From: Deferrisomatales bacterium
GTDB taxonomy: Bacteria; Desulfobacterota; Deferrisomatia; Deferrisomatales; JACRMM01
Assembly: GCA_033551855.1 (NCBI GenBank)
Contig: JAWSUI010000001.1
Coordinates: forward strand, 64,001 to 128,000
Direction of reading: 5' to 3'
DNA: 64,000 nt
Below are positions 9,466 through 18,487 of the stretch, piece by piece (within the stretch, counting starts at the first letter, position 1; each line of letters opens with the position of its first letter). The translations under genes and the position numbers were made by a program. Below the pieces are notes generated by a model, which saw only the letters and a list, made by a program, of their open reading frames with translations, was not told the origin of the DNA and ran no database searches.

Positions 9466-10962
9466 CTACCCCCAGAAGAGCACCGAGAGCCCGAGGGCCA
9501 AGCTCACCCCGAGCCCCAGGGGCACCGTCTTGCGCAGGATCGCGCCTTCCTGCCCCACCGCCCCGCACAGCGGCGTGGCGATGGCGATCTTGAAGGGGCT
9601 CGAGACGCTCCCGATGCTGGCCCCGATGGCCAGAGCCGCCGCCAGGCTCTCGGGGGACACCCCGAGGAGCCCGGCCGCCACCACCTGGAACTTCCCGAAG
9701 AGCATGATGCTGGCCACCCCGTACCCGGTGAGGAAGGTACCCACCCACCCCAGCAGGGGCGCGAACACCGGGTAGAAGGAGCCCGCATACTCGTAGGTGC
9801 CTCGGGCGAGCACCGAGGCGACGTTTCGCCCCTCGTCCAGGGCGGCAAACCCCTCCGAGTACCCCGAGTAGGCCACCATCTGTCCCATGGCGCCGAAAAG
9901 GGCCATCGCCAGCACCGGTCGCCAGGCGCGCCCGAGGCTCCCCACCAAGAGGCGGCCCCGCTCGCCCTGCTCGAAGGGGTGGAGCACCAGGACCAGGGCG
10001 AGGGCGGCGAAGAGGTACGTGTAGGCGTCGAAGAGGGGGCGCACCGTGATCTGGTGGACCGGCACCACGGAGAGGTCCAGGGTGAGGGTCTCTCGGGCGA
10101 AGGCCCGCAGTCCCGGGTGGAGGCTCACCGCCGAGAGGCCGGCGATGATCAGGGCAAAGGGGGCGAAGTCCCGCAGGATCGATCTCTCGAGGGCGAGGCC
10201 GCGGCGACCCCACAGGATGAGCAACGCGATCACCGCCAGACCCCCGAACATGGCCGACACGGGCACGCCCACCCAGAGCACGGTCGCCCAGGCCCCGAAC
10301 CCGGCGGTGAGGCCCACCGCCGCGAAGAGGCCGGCCCGGGCGCGCACGGCGGCGGGGCCCTCCGCGAACCACGGCACCGAAAGGGAAAACAGCACCGTCG
10401 GAAGCACCGAGAGTGCCGCGATCCGCAGCCCGAGCTCCTGGGCGGGAAGGCCGGTGACGGCCGCGAGAACCGTGACGATGATCCCCGCCAGAGCCAGCGT
10501 CATGAGGCCGGAGTAGCCCACAATCGACAGGGCCGCCGCCGCGGCCGGGCGCAGCCCCGCGGCCCGGAGCATGGGAGCGAGCACGGGCTCCGCGATGACC
10601 CCGGCGCCCTCCATGAAGTTTCCCAGGCCCAAGGTGAGCAGCGCCGTGCGGTGCCACTCCCCGGCAACCCGGCCCTCGTACCACCCGACGATGCGCTGCA
10701 GGCTCCCCTTAGCCAGGCACACCACGGACAGCGCGAGGCCGGCCAGAATGACCAGCAGCAGGGGCAGAGTGGTGAGCACCCCGTCGAGGCCCGCGGCCAG
10801 GAGAACGCCGGCCGGGGTGCCGAACGCCGTGGCACAGAGGACGAAGGTGAACCCGAGCCCTGCCACGGAGAGGTCCAAGGCCGGGCGGCGGAACGCCACG
10901 GCGAGCACGAGCACCAGGAGCACCGGCGACCAGGCCAGGGTGTAGGACAGACCGAAGCTCAC
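9466..10962 (-). CDS. L-lactate permease-family carboxylate transporter
   Basis: Many TM segments; GNFMEGAG, GWVGTFLTG, SVSSPFKIAIA; GTGA overlap with upstream gene. Confidence 0.75.
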   Translation of the reverse strand: MSFGLSYTLAWSPVLLVLVLAVAFRRPALDLSVAGLGFTFVLCATAFGTPAGVLLAAGLDGVLTTLPLLLVILAGLALSVVCLAKGSLQRIVGWYEGRVAGEWHRTALLTLGLGNFMEGAGVIAEPVLAPMLRAAGLRPAAAAALSIVGYSGLMTLALAGIIVTVLAAVTGLPAQELGLRIAALSVLPTVLFSLSVPWFAEGPAAVRARAGLFAAVGLTAGFGAWATVLWVGVPVSAMFGGLAVIALLILWGRRGLALERSILRDFAPFALIIAGLSAVSLHPGLRAFARETLTLDLSVVPVHQITVRPLFDAYTYLFAALALVLVLHPFEQGERGRLLVGSLGRAWRPVLAMALFGAMGQMVAYSGYSEGFAALDEGRNVASVLARGTYEYAGSFYPVFAPLLGWVGTFLTGYGVASIMLFGKFQVVAAGLLGVSPESLAAALAIGASIGSVSSPFKIAIATPLCGAVGQEGAILRKTVPLGLGVSLALGLSVLFWG

Positions 10963-11534
10963 GCCCAGTCCCCCCGCTCCGCCGCCTGGAGGAAGGCCTC
11001 GGCCGTCTCCACCCGCAGAAGGGGCCACAGCGGGTTCTTCCGGTACAGACCCAGGCACGCCTCGTGGACCTCGTCCCGGTGGGCCGTGGAGGCGTCCTCG
11101 AGGATGACCGCCCGAAAATCGTGGGCCACGGCGTCCAGGGCGGTGGCCAGCACACAGAACGGGGTGGTGATCCCGCACACCGCCAGGGTGTCCACTCCCC
11201 AAGTCCGCAGGGTCTGGTCGAGATCGGTCTTGAAAAAGGCGGAGAATCGGCGCTTGGGGAGCTCCAGATCCCCGGGCTCGGGCGCCAGCTCGTCGACCAC
11301 CCGGGCCCCCGGGGTTCCCCGGAGCGCGTGGGGCTGCATCCGACCCCCGAAAAGGGCGTCCCCCGGGAGGAAGGAGTCGTTGGCGTAGATCACCGGGACC
11401 CCACGCCGGCGGCACCGGGCCAGGAGGTCCCGGAGGCAGGGGACCAGGGCCGCCCCTTGGCGCTCCATGGCGGAGTGCTTGCCCGTTCCCAGATTGTCCG
11501 CCAGCATGTCTACTACCGCCACGGCTGCCTTCAC
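10959..11534 (-). CDS. Isochorismatase-family cysteine hydrolase
   Basis: VVDM, KRRFSAFFKTDL, GITTPFCVLATALDA. Confidence 0.88.
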   Translation of the reverse strand: MKAAVAVVDMLADNLGTGKHSAMERQGAALVPCLRDLLARCRRRGVPVIYANDSFLPGDALFGGRMQPHALRGTPGARVVDELAPEPGDLELPKRRFSAFFKTDLDQTLRTWGVDTLAVCGITTPFCVLATALDAVAHDFRAVILEDASTAHRDEVHEACLGLYRKNPLWPLLRVETAEAFLQAAERGDWA

Positions 11535-12361
11535 GTCCCCTCCTCCCCGCCCTCGAGCTTCAGGATGCGCGCCGCGTTGCCCCCCAGGATGGCTGCCTTC
11601 GCCTGGTCGCTCAGGGGCAGGGCGGCGATCGCCTCCACGTTGTGTCGGATGCCCGGGTTTCCGGGCCAGTCGCTGCCGAAGACGACCTTTCGGTGGAGCC
11701 GCTCCAGGCTCGGGAAGTAGGCGGGGAGGTTCCGGGGCGGCAGGCCCGAGACCTCCAGGTAGACGTTGGGGTGCAGTTGGGCGAGGAACTCCGCCCGCTC
11801 GTACCAGAAGCCCCTCCCCCCGTGGACCAGGAGGAGCGACAGGTCCGGAAAGTCGGCGGCCACGTCGTCCAGGTGCAACGGGTCCCCGTACTTGAGCTTC
11901 GCCCCCGGAAAGATGCTCGAGCCCGTGTGGGCCATTACGGGCAGCCCCAGTGCCTGGCATGCGCCGTACAGGGGGTACAGGCGGGGCTCGTTGGGGTAGA
12001 AGTGCTGGTAGGTGGGGTAGAGCTTCACGCCGCGGAACCCCAGCCCGGCCAGCCGCTCGATCTCCCGGTCCAGCCTCGGGGTGAGCCAGGGGTTCAGGTT
12101 GGCGAACAACACCAACCGCCGCGATCCGCGGAAGCGCTCCCACACGTACTCATTGGTGGTCACCCCCGTGACCAGTGGACTGATCTCGGGCAGTCCCACC
12201 GCCCAGTCCACACCTTCCTGCTCCAGGTAGGCGTCGAAGCCTTCCGGCGTGAGGAGGGTGTCCCAATCCCCCCGGGCCCCCCAGAAACTGTCGCAGAAGG
12301 AGGCAGAAGCGGGGACCAGGTGCTCCCGGGCAGCCAAGTGTACGTGGAAGTCGATGATCAT
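11531..12361 (-). CDS. Amidohydrolase_2 family metallohydrolase (BamU-like)
   Basis: IIDFHVH, GVKLYPTYQ, PVMAHTG, VFGSDWP. Confidence 0.85.
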   Translation of the reverse strand: MIIDFHVHLAAREHLVPASASFCDSFWGARGDWDTLLTPEGFDAYLEQEGVDWAVGLPEISPLVTGVTTNEYVWERFRGSRRLVLFANLNPWLTPRLDREIERLAGLGFRGVKLYPTYQHFYPNEPRLYPLYGACQALGLPVMAHTGSSIFPGAKLKYGDPLHLDDVAADFPDLSLLLVHGGRGFWYERAEFLAQLHPNVYLEVSGLPPRNLPAYFPSLERLHRKVVFGSDWPGNPGIRHNVEAIAALPLSDQAKAAILGGNAARILKLEGGEEGT

Positions 12362-12416
12362 CGGGTTCCCCGGCGCGCGGGGCCGCGGGGGTGACCCCCC
12401 CCCGGCCCCGCCGGCC

Positions 12417-13193
12417 TCAGCGGTTCTTCCAGACCGGGGCCCGCTTTTCCAGGAACGCGGCCAGGCCCTCCTGGGCGTCCTCGGTGGGCATGAGCTCCTC
12501 GAGGTAGATGCGCTCGACCCTCCCCAGGGCCTCGGCGAAGGGAAGTCCTCGCCCGGCACGGATCGCCTTCTTGGTGGCCCGCAAGACCGTGCCGGAAAGC
12601 GTCGTGAAGATGCGAAGGAACTTCCCGAACTCCTCGTCGAAGGAGGCCAGGGGGACGACCTTGTTCACCAGCCCCAAGGCCAGGGCCTCGGGCGCCCGGA
12701 TCACCTCCCCGCCCGCGATCAGCTCGAAGGCCCGCTTCTCCGGGATGAGGTAAGGGAGTGCCACCGCCGCGAGGGGGGGGAAGACGCCGACCTTGATCTC
12801 CGGCTGCCCGATCTTGAGCGAGTCGGAGGCCACGATCATGTCGCAGAAGATGGCCAGCTCGCACCCGCCGCCCAGGGCGGCGCCCTTCACCGCCGCCACC
12901 GTGGGGATCTCGAGGGCGTCGAGATTGCGGAAGATGTCGTGGAACACCTCGATCATTCGGTCCACCTTGTCGGCGGTGTGATCCCCCACGTCCACGCCGG
13001 CCGAGAAGGCCTTCTCCCCCTCGGCGGTGATCACCAGGGCCCTCACCTCGCCCTCTCTCGCTTTGACCGCGGCCAGGGCGGAGTTGAGCTCCGTCATGGT
13101 GGGGATGTCGAGGACGTTCAGGGGCGGCCGGTTGATGCTGATCCACGCGGCGCCGTCTGCATCCCAGGTCTTCAGAAACTGGTAGTCGCTCAT
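12417..13193 (-). CDS. dch: Cyclohexa-1,5-diene-1-carbonyl-CoA hydratase (Dch/BamR)
   Basis: Crotonase motifs AFSAGVDVGDH, GGGCEL, GQPEIKVGVFPP, YLEELM.TEDA; operon context. Confidence 0.85.
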   Translation of the reverse strand: MSDYQFLKTWDADGAAWISINRPPLNVLDIPTMTELNSALAAVKAREGEVRALVITAEGEKAFSAGVDVGDHTADKVDRMIEVFHDIFRNLDALEIPTVAAVKGAALGGGCELAIFCDMIVASDSLKIGQPEIKVGVFPPLAAVALPYLIPEKRAFELIAGGEVIRAPEALALGLVNKVVPLASFDEEFGKFLRIFTTLSGTVLRATKKAIRAGRGLPFAEALGRVERIYLEELMPTEDAQEGLAAFLEKRAPVWKNR

Positions 13194-13260
13194 GTCTGTC
13201 TGCTCCGTGATAAGTGGTCCGAGACCGGGGGGACCGTGCCGAACGGGTCCCCGCCACGGT

Positions 13261-14007
13261 CTAGATGTACTGCCCTCCATCGACCTTGATGACCTCGCCG
13301 GTGATGTGACGGCCGCACTCCGAGGCCAGGAAGGCCACCAGCCACGCCACGTCCTCCGGGGCGCCGGCGCGCTTCACCGCCGACTCGTCCACCGCCGCCT
13401 GGCGGAACTCCGGCGGCATCCCCTCCCCCATCTCGGTGAGGATGAAGCCGGGCGCCACCGAGTTGCAGGTGACCCCGAACTTTCCCAGGTCCTTGGCCGC
13501 CGCCTTGGTGAGCCCGATGACCCCGGCCTTCGCGGCGGAGTAGTTCGTCTGGCCGAACTTGCCCCGCAGGCCGTTGATGGAGGTGATGGCGAGGAACCGG
13601 CCGTAGTTCTGCCCCTTGAAGACGGGGGCGCAGGCCCGCAGGTAATTGAACGTCCCCTTGAGGTCGACCTCGATGACCCGGTCGAACTGCTCCTCGGTCA
13701 TCTTCCAGACCACCCCGTCCCAGTTCATGCCGGCGTTGGTGACGAGAATGTGCATCCCGCCCAGCTTCTCCACTACCTCGTCCACCATCCGCTGGGCGTC
13801 GGCGAAGCTCGCCACGTCGGCCTGCACGGCAAGGGCGCGCCGCCCCTGGCCTTCGAGTTCCTTCACCAAGGCCTCGGCCTCCGCCGAGCTCTTGCGGTAG
13901 TTCAGTGCCACGTCCGCGCCGTAGCGCGCCAGGGTCCGGACGATCTCGGCTCCGATCCCTCGGGTCCCTCCGGTGACGATGGCCACCTTCCCGGTCAAAT
14001 CGATCAT
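13261..14007 (-). CDS. SDR oxidoreductase (FabG-like; possibly 3-hydroxyacyl-CoA dehydrogenase of the lower pathway)
   Basis: TGGTRGIG, NYSAAK. Confidence 0.85.
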   Translation of the reverse strand: MIDLTGKVAIVTGGTRGIGAEIVRTLARYGADVALNYRKSSAEAEALVKELEGQGRRALAVQADVASFADAQRMVDEVVEKLGGMHILVTNAGMNWDGVVWKMTEEQFDRVIEVDLKGTFNYLRACAPVFKGQNYGRFLAITSINGLRGKFGQTNYSAAKAGVIGLTKAAAKDLGKFGVTCNSVAPGFILTEMGEGMPPEFRQAAVDESAVKRAGAPEDVAWLVAFLASECGRHITGEVIKVDGGQYI

Positions 14008-14070
14008 GCCTTGCCCTCCTGTGATCTGGCGGGCCGGGCTGCGGGAGCCCGGCCCTCTCGTTACCGGTTT

Positions 14071-15264
14071 CTAGCTCTCGCGCCGGATGATCATCGCCAT
14101 GGTCGAACCCCCCCCTCCGCAGATGGAAGCGATCCCGAGCTCTTTGTCCAGCCGCCGCAGGGCGTGGTACAGGGTGACGAGGATGCGCGCCCCCGAGCAG
14201 CCGGTGGGGTGCCCCAGGGCAATGGCGCCGCCGTGGACGTTGAGCTTCGCCCGGTCCCAGCCGAGCATCCGCTCGTTGGCCAGGACCTGGGCGGCGAAGG
14301 CCTCGTTCACCTCGATGAGGTCCATGTCGGACAGCGCCATCCCGGCCCGCTCGAGGGCCCTGGGAATGGCCACACCCGGCCCCTCGCCCATGACCTTGCC
14401 GTCCACCGCGGTCTGGGTGTAGTCGACCACGGAGAACAGGGGGGTAACGCCTCGCCGCCGGGCCTGCTCCCGGGTCATGGCGACGAGGAAGGCCGCGCCG
14501 TCGGTCAGGCCGCAGGAGTTGCCCGCGGTCACCGATCCGTCCTTCTTGAACGCCCCCGCGAGCTTGGACATCTGATCCGCGGTGGCTCCGTAGCGGATGG
14601 ACTCGTCCTTGTCGAAGGTGACGCTGGGGGCCTTGCGTCCCCCCGGGATCACCACCGGTGCGATCTCGGCGTCGACCCACCCGTTCTTCTGGGCCGCCTC
14701 CGCCTTCTGATGGCTCTGGGCGGCGAACTCGTCCAGTTCCGCCCGGGTGAGCTGGTACTTGTCGACCAGGTTCTCCGCGGTGAGCCCCATGGAGAGGTCC
14801 GCGACCGGGTCGTGGGAGTCGGTCCAGCCGTCCTCCAAGGTGACGGGTCCCATCCGGAAACCCTGCCACCGATACCCCTTCACCAGGTGCGGGATCGTGG
14901 ACATGCTCTCCATGCCCCCGGCCAGGACCACCTCCGCCTGACCCACCTGGATGAGCTGGGTGGCGAGGCTCACGGCCTTCATCCCGGCGGGGCACGCCTT
15001 GTTGATGGTGACTGCGGGGGTCTGGGGCCCACACCCGCCCCTGAGGGCCGCGGTACGGCCCGGATTGACGAAATTGCCAGCCTGCCGGCACGACCCGACG
15101 ATGGCGTCGTCCACCTCCTCGCCCGCCACGTTGGCCCGCTTCAGGGCCTCGCGGATCGGAAAGGAAGCGATGTCGTAGACCTTCATGTCCTTCAGGCTGC
15201 CCCCGAACTTCCCCATGGGGGTGCGCACGGCGCTGACGAAGACCACGTCTCTGAGCTCTCTCAC
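14071..15264 (-). CDS. Acetyl-CoA acyltransferase (thiolase)
   Basis: NKAC, NEAF, GHPTG, CGGGG. Confidence 0.93.
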   Translation of the reverse strand: MRELRDVVFVSAVRTPMGKFGGSLKDMKVYDIASFPIREALKRANVAGEEVDDAIVGSCRQAGNFVNPGRTAALRGGCGPQTPAVTINKACPAGMKAVSLATQLIQVGQAEVVLAGGMESMSTIPHLVKGYRWQGFRMGPVTLEDGWTDSHDPVADLSMGLTAENLVDKYQLTRAELDEFAAQSHQKAEAAQKNGWVDAEIAPVVIPGGRKAPSVTFDKDESIRYGATADQMSKLAGAFKKDGSVTAGNSCGLTDGAAFLVAMTREQARRRGVTPLFSVVDYTQTAVDGKVMGEGPGVAIPRALERAGMALSDMDLIEVNEAFAAQVLANERMLGWDRAKLNVHGGAIALGHPTGCSGARILVTLYHALRRLDKELGIASICGGGGSTMAMIIRRES

Positions 15265-15361
15265 GGCATTCCCTCCTCTATGCGATGGCTACTCCTGGAA
15301 CGGCCCGATGGGTCGGCCCGGCGGGCCCCTGTGATGGCCCTCGCGGCGTGGGGGCCCTCCC

Positions 15362-15811
15362 TCACGCCACCGGGCACTCGAGGCTCAGGCGCTGGCTGGG
15401 CCCAAACCCCATATGTCCGAAAAACTTCAGCAGACCGAAGTCCTTCCAGTCTACCAGGGTGTAGATCTTCTCCACTTGGGCAACCTTCATGTTCGCGCGG
15501 AACTGTGCGAGCAGGGCGCTGCCCACCCCGCGGTCCTGGTAGGCCGGGGAGACCCCCAGCGCCTCGATCATCGCCGAGCTCTCCGGGATCCCGAACTCCC
15601 CGAGGAAGAGGCTCCCCATCAGAAACCCCACGACCTTGCCGTCGGCTTCGGCCACCAGGGACGTGTTGAGCTGGGCATCCCGGAGGCTCGCGACCTGCAG
15701 CTTGTGGGCATAGTACTCCGGCTTCGCGGACCCCGTGACCTCCTCGTCGATCGCGACGATCGCGTCCATGTCCTGGGGCCGGAGCACCCGTACCACGATG
15801 TTCACGCTCAT
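15362..15811 (-). CDS. GNAT acetyltransferase
   Basis: LGVSPAYQDRGVGSALL motif A; AGGAGG RBS. Confidence 0.85.
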   Translation of the reverse strand: MSVNIVVRVLRPQDMDAIVAIDEEVTGSAKPEYYAHKLQVASLRDAQLNTSLVAEADGKVVGFLMGSLFLGEFGIPESSAMIEALGVSPAYQDRGVGSALLAQFRANMKVAQVEKIYTLVDWKDFGLLKFFGHMGFGPSQRLSLECPVA

Positions 15812-15847
15812 GGGGCCTCCTGCCGCCCTTCGGCGGGCCTGCGCCCG

Positions 15848-16138
15848 TCAGAACAGCTCTTCCAGGGACCCGCGCCCGGCTCCCCCGGGCCGAGTGTAGA
15901 CCACCTGGTACCTCGCCGGGTCTCCGCCCGCCTCGAAGCACGCCGTGCACGCCCCGGCGCTCCCCTCGGCGGCGCACTCCTCCAGGACCGGGACCAGGAG
16001 CACCTCGAAGCCGAGCCGCCGGTACGTGTCCACGATCTCCGCCAGCCGCGGCTCCGCGGCGGTGCACTGTCGGCGCCAGCCCTCCCGGGTGGGGTGCCTG
16101 GGGCGCCCGGCGCCGGGGCGCGAAGTGGGATCTGCCAT
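15848..16138 (-). CDS. Small Cys-containing hypothetical protein
   Basis: EGWRRQ..AEPRLAEIVDTYRRLGFEV..CTACF..VYTRP; co-oriented in the operon. Confidence 0.7.
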   Translation of the reverse strand: MADPTSRPGAGRPRHPTREGWRRQCTAAEPRLAEIVDTYRRLGFEVLLVPVLEECAAEGSAGACTACFEAGGDPARYQVVYTRPGGAGRGSLEELF

Positions 16139-16246
16139 CTCGGTGCTCCGGGTCAGAGCCTCTGAAACCTTCAAGGGAACCCTGTCTCGTCGTCCGCCCG
16201 CGCGGGCCTCGGGCCCCGGTCTGCCCGCGACGCTTCTCTCACGGCG

Positions 16247-17302
16247 TCAGAACACGTCCTGCGGGTCCTCGCTCCCCGGCATCCGACCGTGCTCCGCCAA
16301 GTGCTGCAGAAGAAGCTCGGCCTCCCGGCGGGTGTAGAGGGCTGCCTCCTCGTACGTGAAGAACGCGGCCCTCGCCCCTGCGAGCTCTTCCTCCAGCGCC
16401 TGCCGCAGGCGGCTCACCCCGCGGATCTTGCGCACCCCGCCCGCCCCGTCCCAGAGCTGGTACACCCCCCCCGCCTCGGGCAGCCGGGCCACGGCGACGG
16501 CGCTGAGGGGCAGGACGCCGCGAGGCGCCTCCGGAACCCGGGGCAGCGCGAGCCTCTCCCGGACCTCGGCGAGCCATCGCCGGCACCGTTCCTCCCTGCC
16601 GGCGGAGCGGGCTCCCGTGGGGCACACCAGCGCCCGCGCCCGGCAGAGGGCACACTCCTCCTCCCCCGGGGGGACCCCCGCTTCCCCCAAGCCGCCCGCC
16701 GCCTCGACCCCGGCGATGCCGCGGCACGCATCTTCGCACCGCAGGCACTCGATACAGCGCGCAGGATCTCGGCCGCGGCTGCCTTCCGGGCCGACGGGAA
16801 GGTCCCGGGGCACGTACATCGGGGCCTCCGGGCCGATTCCCACGAAGGCGGCAACCCCCGCGAGCTCACAGGTGCCGCGCTTCCAGCAGCAGCGCTCGGC
16901 CTCCGGCAGGCCGCGGGCGCACCGGGTCCGACTGCAGTCGTCCGCGAGGGAGCAGACGAGGCAGGCGTGGGGGTGATGCGCTAGGACGCGGTGGAGCGCC
17001 TCGACCCTCGACCGCCTCACCGCACCGGACGCCGTCCAGACCTCCATCCCCTCCTCGGCCCCGACCTCGCAGGCGCGCACGACCCCCGCACCATCGACCT
17101 CCACCGCGCAGATCCCGCAGCGGCCCCGGGTGCCCAGGGCCGGGTGGGCACACAGGCGGGGCACGTAGGCCCCGGCGGCGTCGGCCGCCTGGAGCAGGCT
17201 GTACCCGGCGGGGACGGTCAACGCCGCCCCGTCGAGGCGAAGGGCGACCCGCCCTTCGCCTCCCTCGGCCGGCCCCTGCCTACCAGCTGTGGGAGATCGC
17301 AT
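16247..17302 (-). CDS. Fe-S protein (NuoG-like 2Fe-2S + His/Cys 4Fe-4S + ferredoxin) with GIY-YIG-like C-terminus; BzdV-like but without a flavin domain
   Basis: VPRLCAHP..CGICAVE..RAC; HPHACLVC; CIECLRC..AC; C-terminal LPEAGGVYQL..REAELL. Start uncertain. Confidence 0.7.
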   Translation of the reverse strand: MRSPTAGRQGPAEGGEGRVALRLDGAALTVPAGYSLLQAADAAGAYVPRLCAHPALGTRGRCGICAVEVDGAGVVRACEVGAEEGMEVWTASGAVRRSRVEALHRVLAHHPHACLVCSLADDCSRTRCARGLPEAERCCWKRGTCELAGVAAFVGIGPEAPMYVPRDLPVGPEGSRGRDPARCIECLRCEDACRGIAGVEAAGGLGEAGVPPGEEECALCRARALVCPTGARSAGREERCRRWLAEVRERLALPRVPEAPRGVLPLSAVAVARLPEAGGVYQLWDGAGGVRKIRGVSRLRQALEEELAGARAAFFTYEEAALYTRREAELLLQHLAEHGRMPGSEDPQDVF

Positions 17303-17561
17303 GGAAGGGGCACGCCGAGACGCAGGGCAGGGGCGAACGGCCTCGCAGGGGCTTGCACCCGGCACACTCGTGCGGGAGCACCTTCCGTTTCCCCTCGTCG
17401 ATGGCCACCGCCTCCTCCCCGTAGGGGTCCTCTTCCACGCAGAACAGGGCGCGGGGGCAGGCGGAAACGCATGGCCTCGCCCCGCAGCAGGCACACCGCT
17501 CCGTGTCGATGGCGATGTAGAAGTCCCCCTCGGCGTCCGCGTAGCCGTAGTGGGCGATCAC
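17280..17561 (-). CDS. bzdM: BzdM-type ferredoxin
   Basis: IAHYGYADAEGDFYIAIDTERC..PCVSACP..CAGCKP..PCVSACP..AISHSW, directly after bzdQ. Confidence 0.75.
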   Translation of the reverse strand: MIAHYGYADAEGDFYIAIDTERCACCGARPCVSACPRALFCVEEDPYGEEAVAIDEGKRKVLPHECAGCKPLRGRSPLPCVSACPFHAISHSW

Positions 17562-17583
17562 CCGGCCGCTCCGCGGCGAGACC

Positions 17584-18462
17584 TCACCTGCGCCGCTCCT
17601 TCTGGTAGAGAGTGTGGGCGAAGAGAGCGGCGCCCAGGGCCCCCGCGATCTGCGTGTCGATGGTCGTCTTGACCGCCTCCACCCCGATGATCTCCTCCAC
17701 CCGCCGCACCACACCGCTGTTCTTCGAGATCCCCCCGGTGATGAAGAAGTCGGGCTCCACGCCGATCCGCTCCAGCAGCGCCGCCACGCGCTCTGCCATC
17801 GCCCGGCAGTAGGCGGCGATCACCTTGTTCTTGCTCCACCCTTCCTTGAGGCGGGCCATGGCCTCGCTCTTCGCGAAGACCACGCAGACATCCGAGACGG
17901 CCGGCGGCTCCTCGTCCACGTCGAAGGACCGGGAGCCGAGCTCTTCGATGGGCACCTCGAGCAGATCCGCGATCACCTCCATGCCCCGGCCCGTCCCCGC
18001 CGCGCACTTGTCGTTCATGAGGAAGTCCGTCACCTTGCCCCGCTCATCGATGTGAATGCCCTTGCAGTCCTGGCCCCCCATGTCCAGGATCGTCCGGACG
18101 CGGGGCCCTCCCATGTAGTGGGCCCCCCGCCCGTGGCAGGCGATCTCCGTGATGGCCTTGTCCGCAAAGGGGATGTTCACCCGCCCGTAGCCGGTGCCGA
18201 CGGTGTAGTGGATGTCCTCGAGCTTGAGGCCCGTCCGCTCGAACAGGCCCTTCACGGCGCTCCGGGCCGACTCCGGGGAGCTCGCCCCCGTGCGCACGGT
18301 GTTGTAGGCGTAGAGCTCGCCGTCGAGGCACAGCACCGCCTGCGAGCTGACGCTGCCGACGTCGATCCCCTGGGTGATGATGCGGGCCTCTCGCCAACGC
18401 GCGTCCGGGTGGACCCAGAACTCCTCGGTCCACCTCCAGAACTCCCGTTTCTGGCCGTTCAT
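17584..18462 (-). CDS. bzdQ: Benzoyl-CoA reductase, Bzd-type ATPase subunit Q
   Basis: EFWRWTE N-terminus, GIDVGSVSSQ, TGYGR, TEIACHGRGA, DMGGQDCK, MNDKCAAGTGR. Confidence 0.88.
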   Translation of the reverse strand: MNGQKREFWRWTEEFWVHPDARWREARIITQGIDVGSVSSQAVLCLDGELYAYNTVRTGASSPESARSAVKGLFERTGLKLEDIHYTVGTGYGRVNIPFADKAITEIACHGRGAHYMGGPRVRTILDMGGQDCKGIHIDERGKVTDFLMNDKCAAGTGRGMEVIADLLEVPIEELGSRSFDVDEEPPAVSDVCVVFAKSEAMARLKEGWSKNKVIAAYCRAMAERVAALLERIGVEPDFFITGGISKNSGVVRRVEEIIGVEAVKTTIDTQIAGALGAALFAHTLYQKERRR

Positions 18463-18487
18463 GGGTCGGCTCCCGTCGGGGGCGTCG

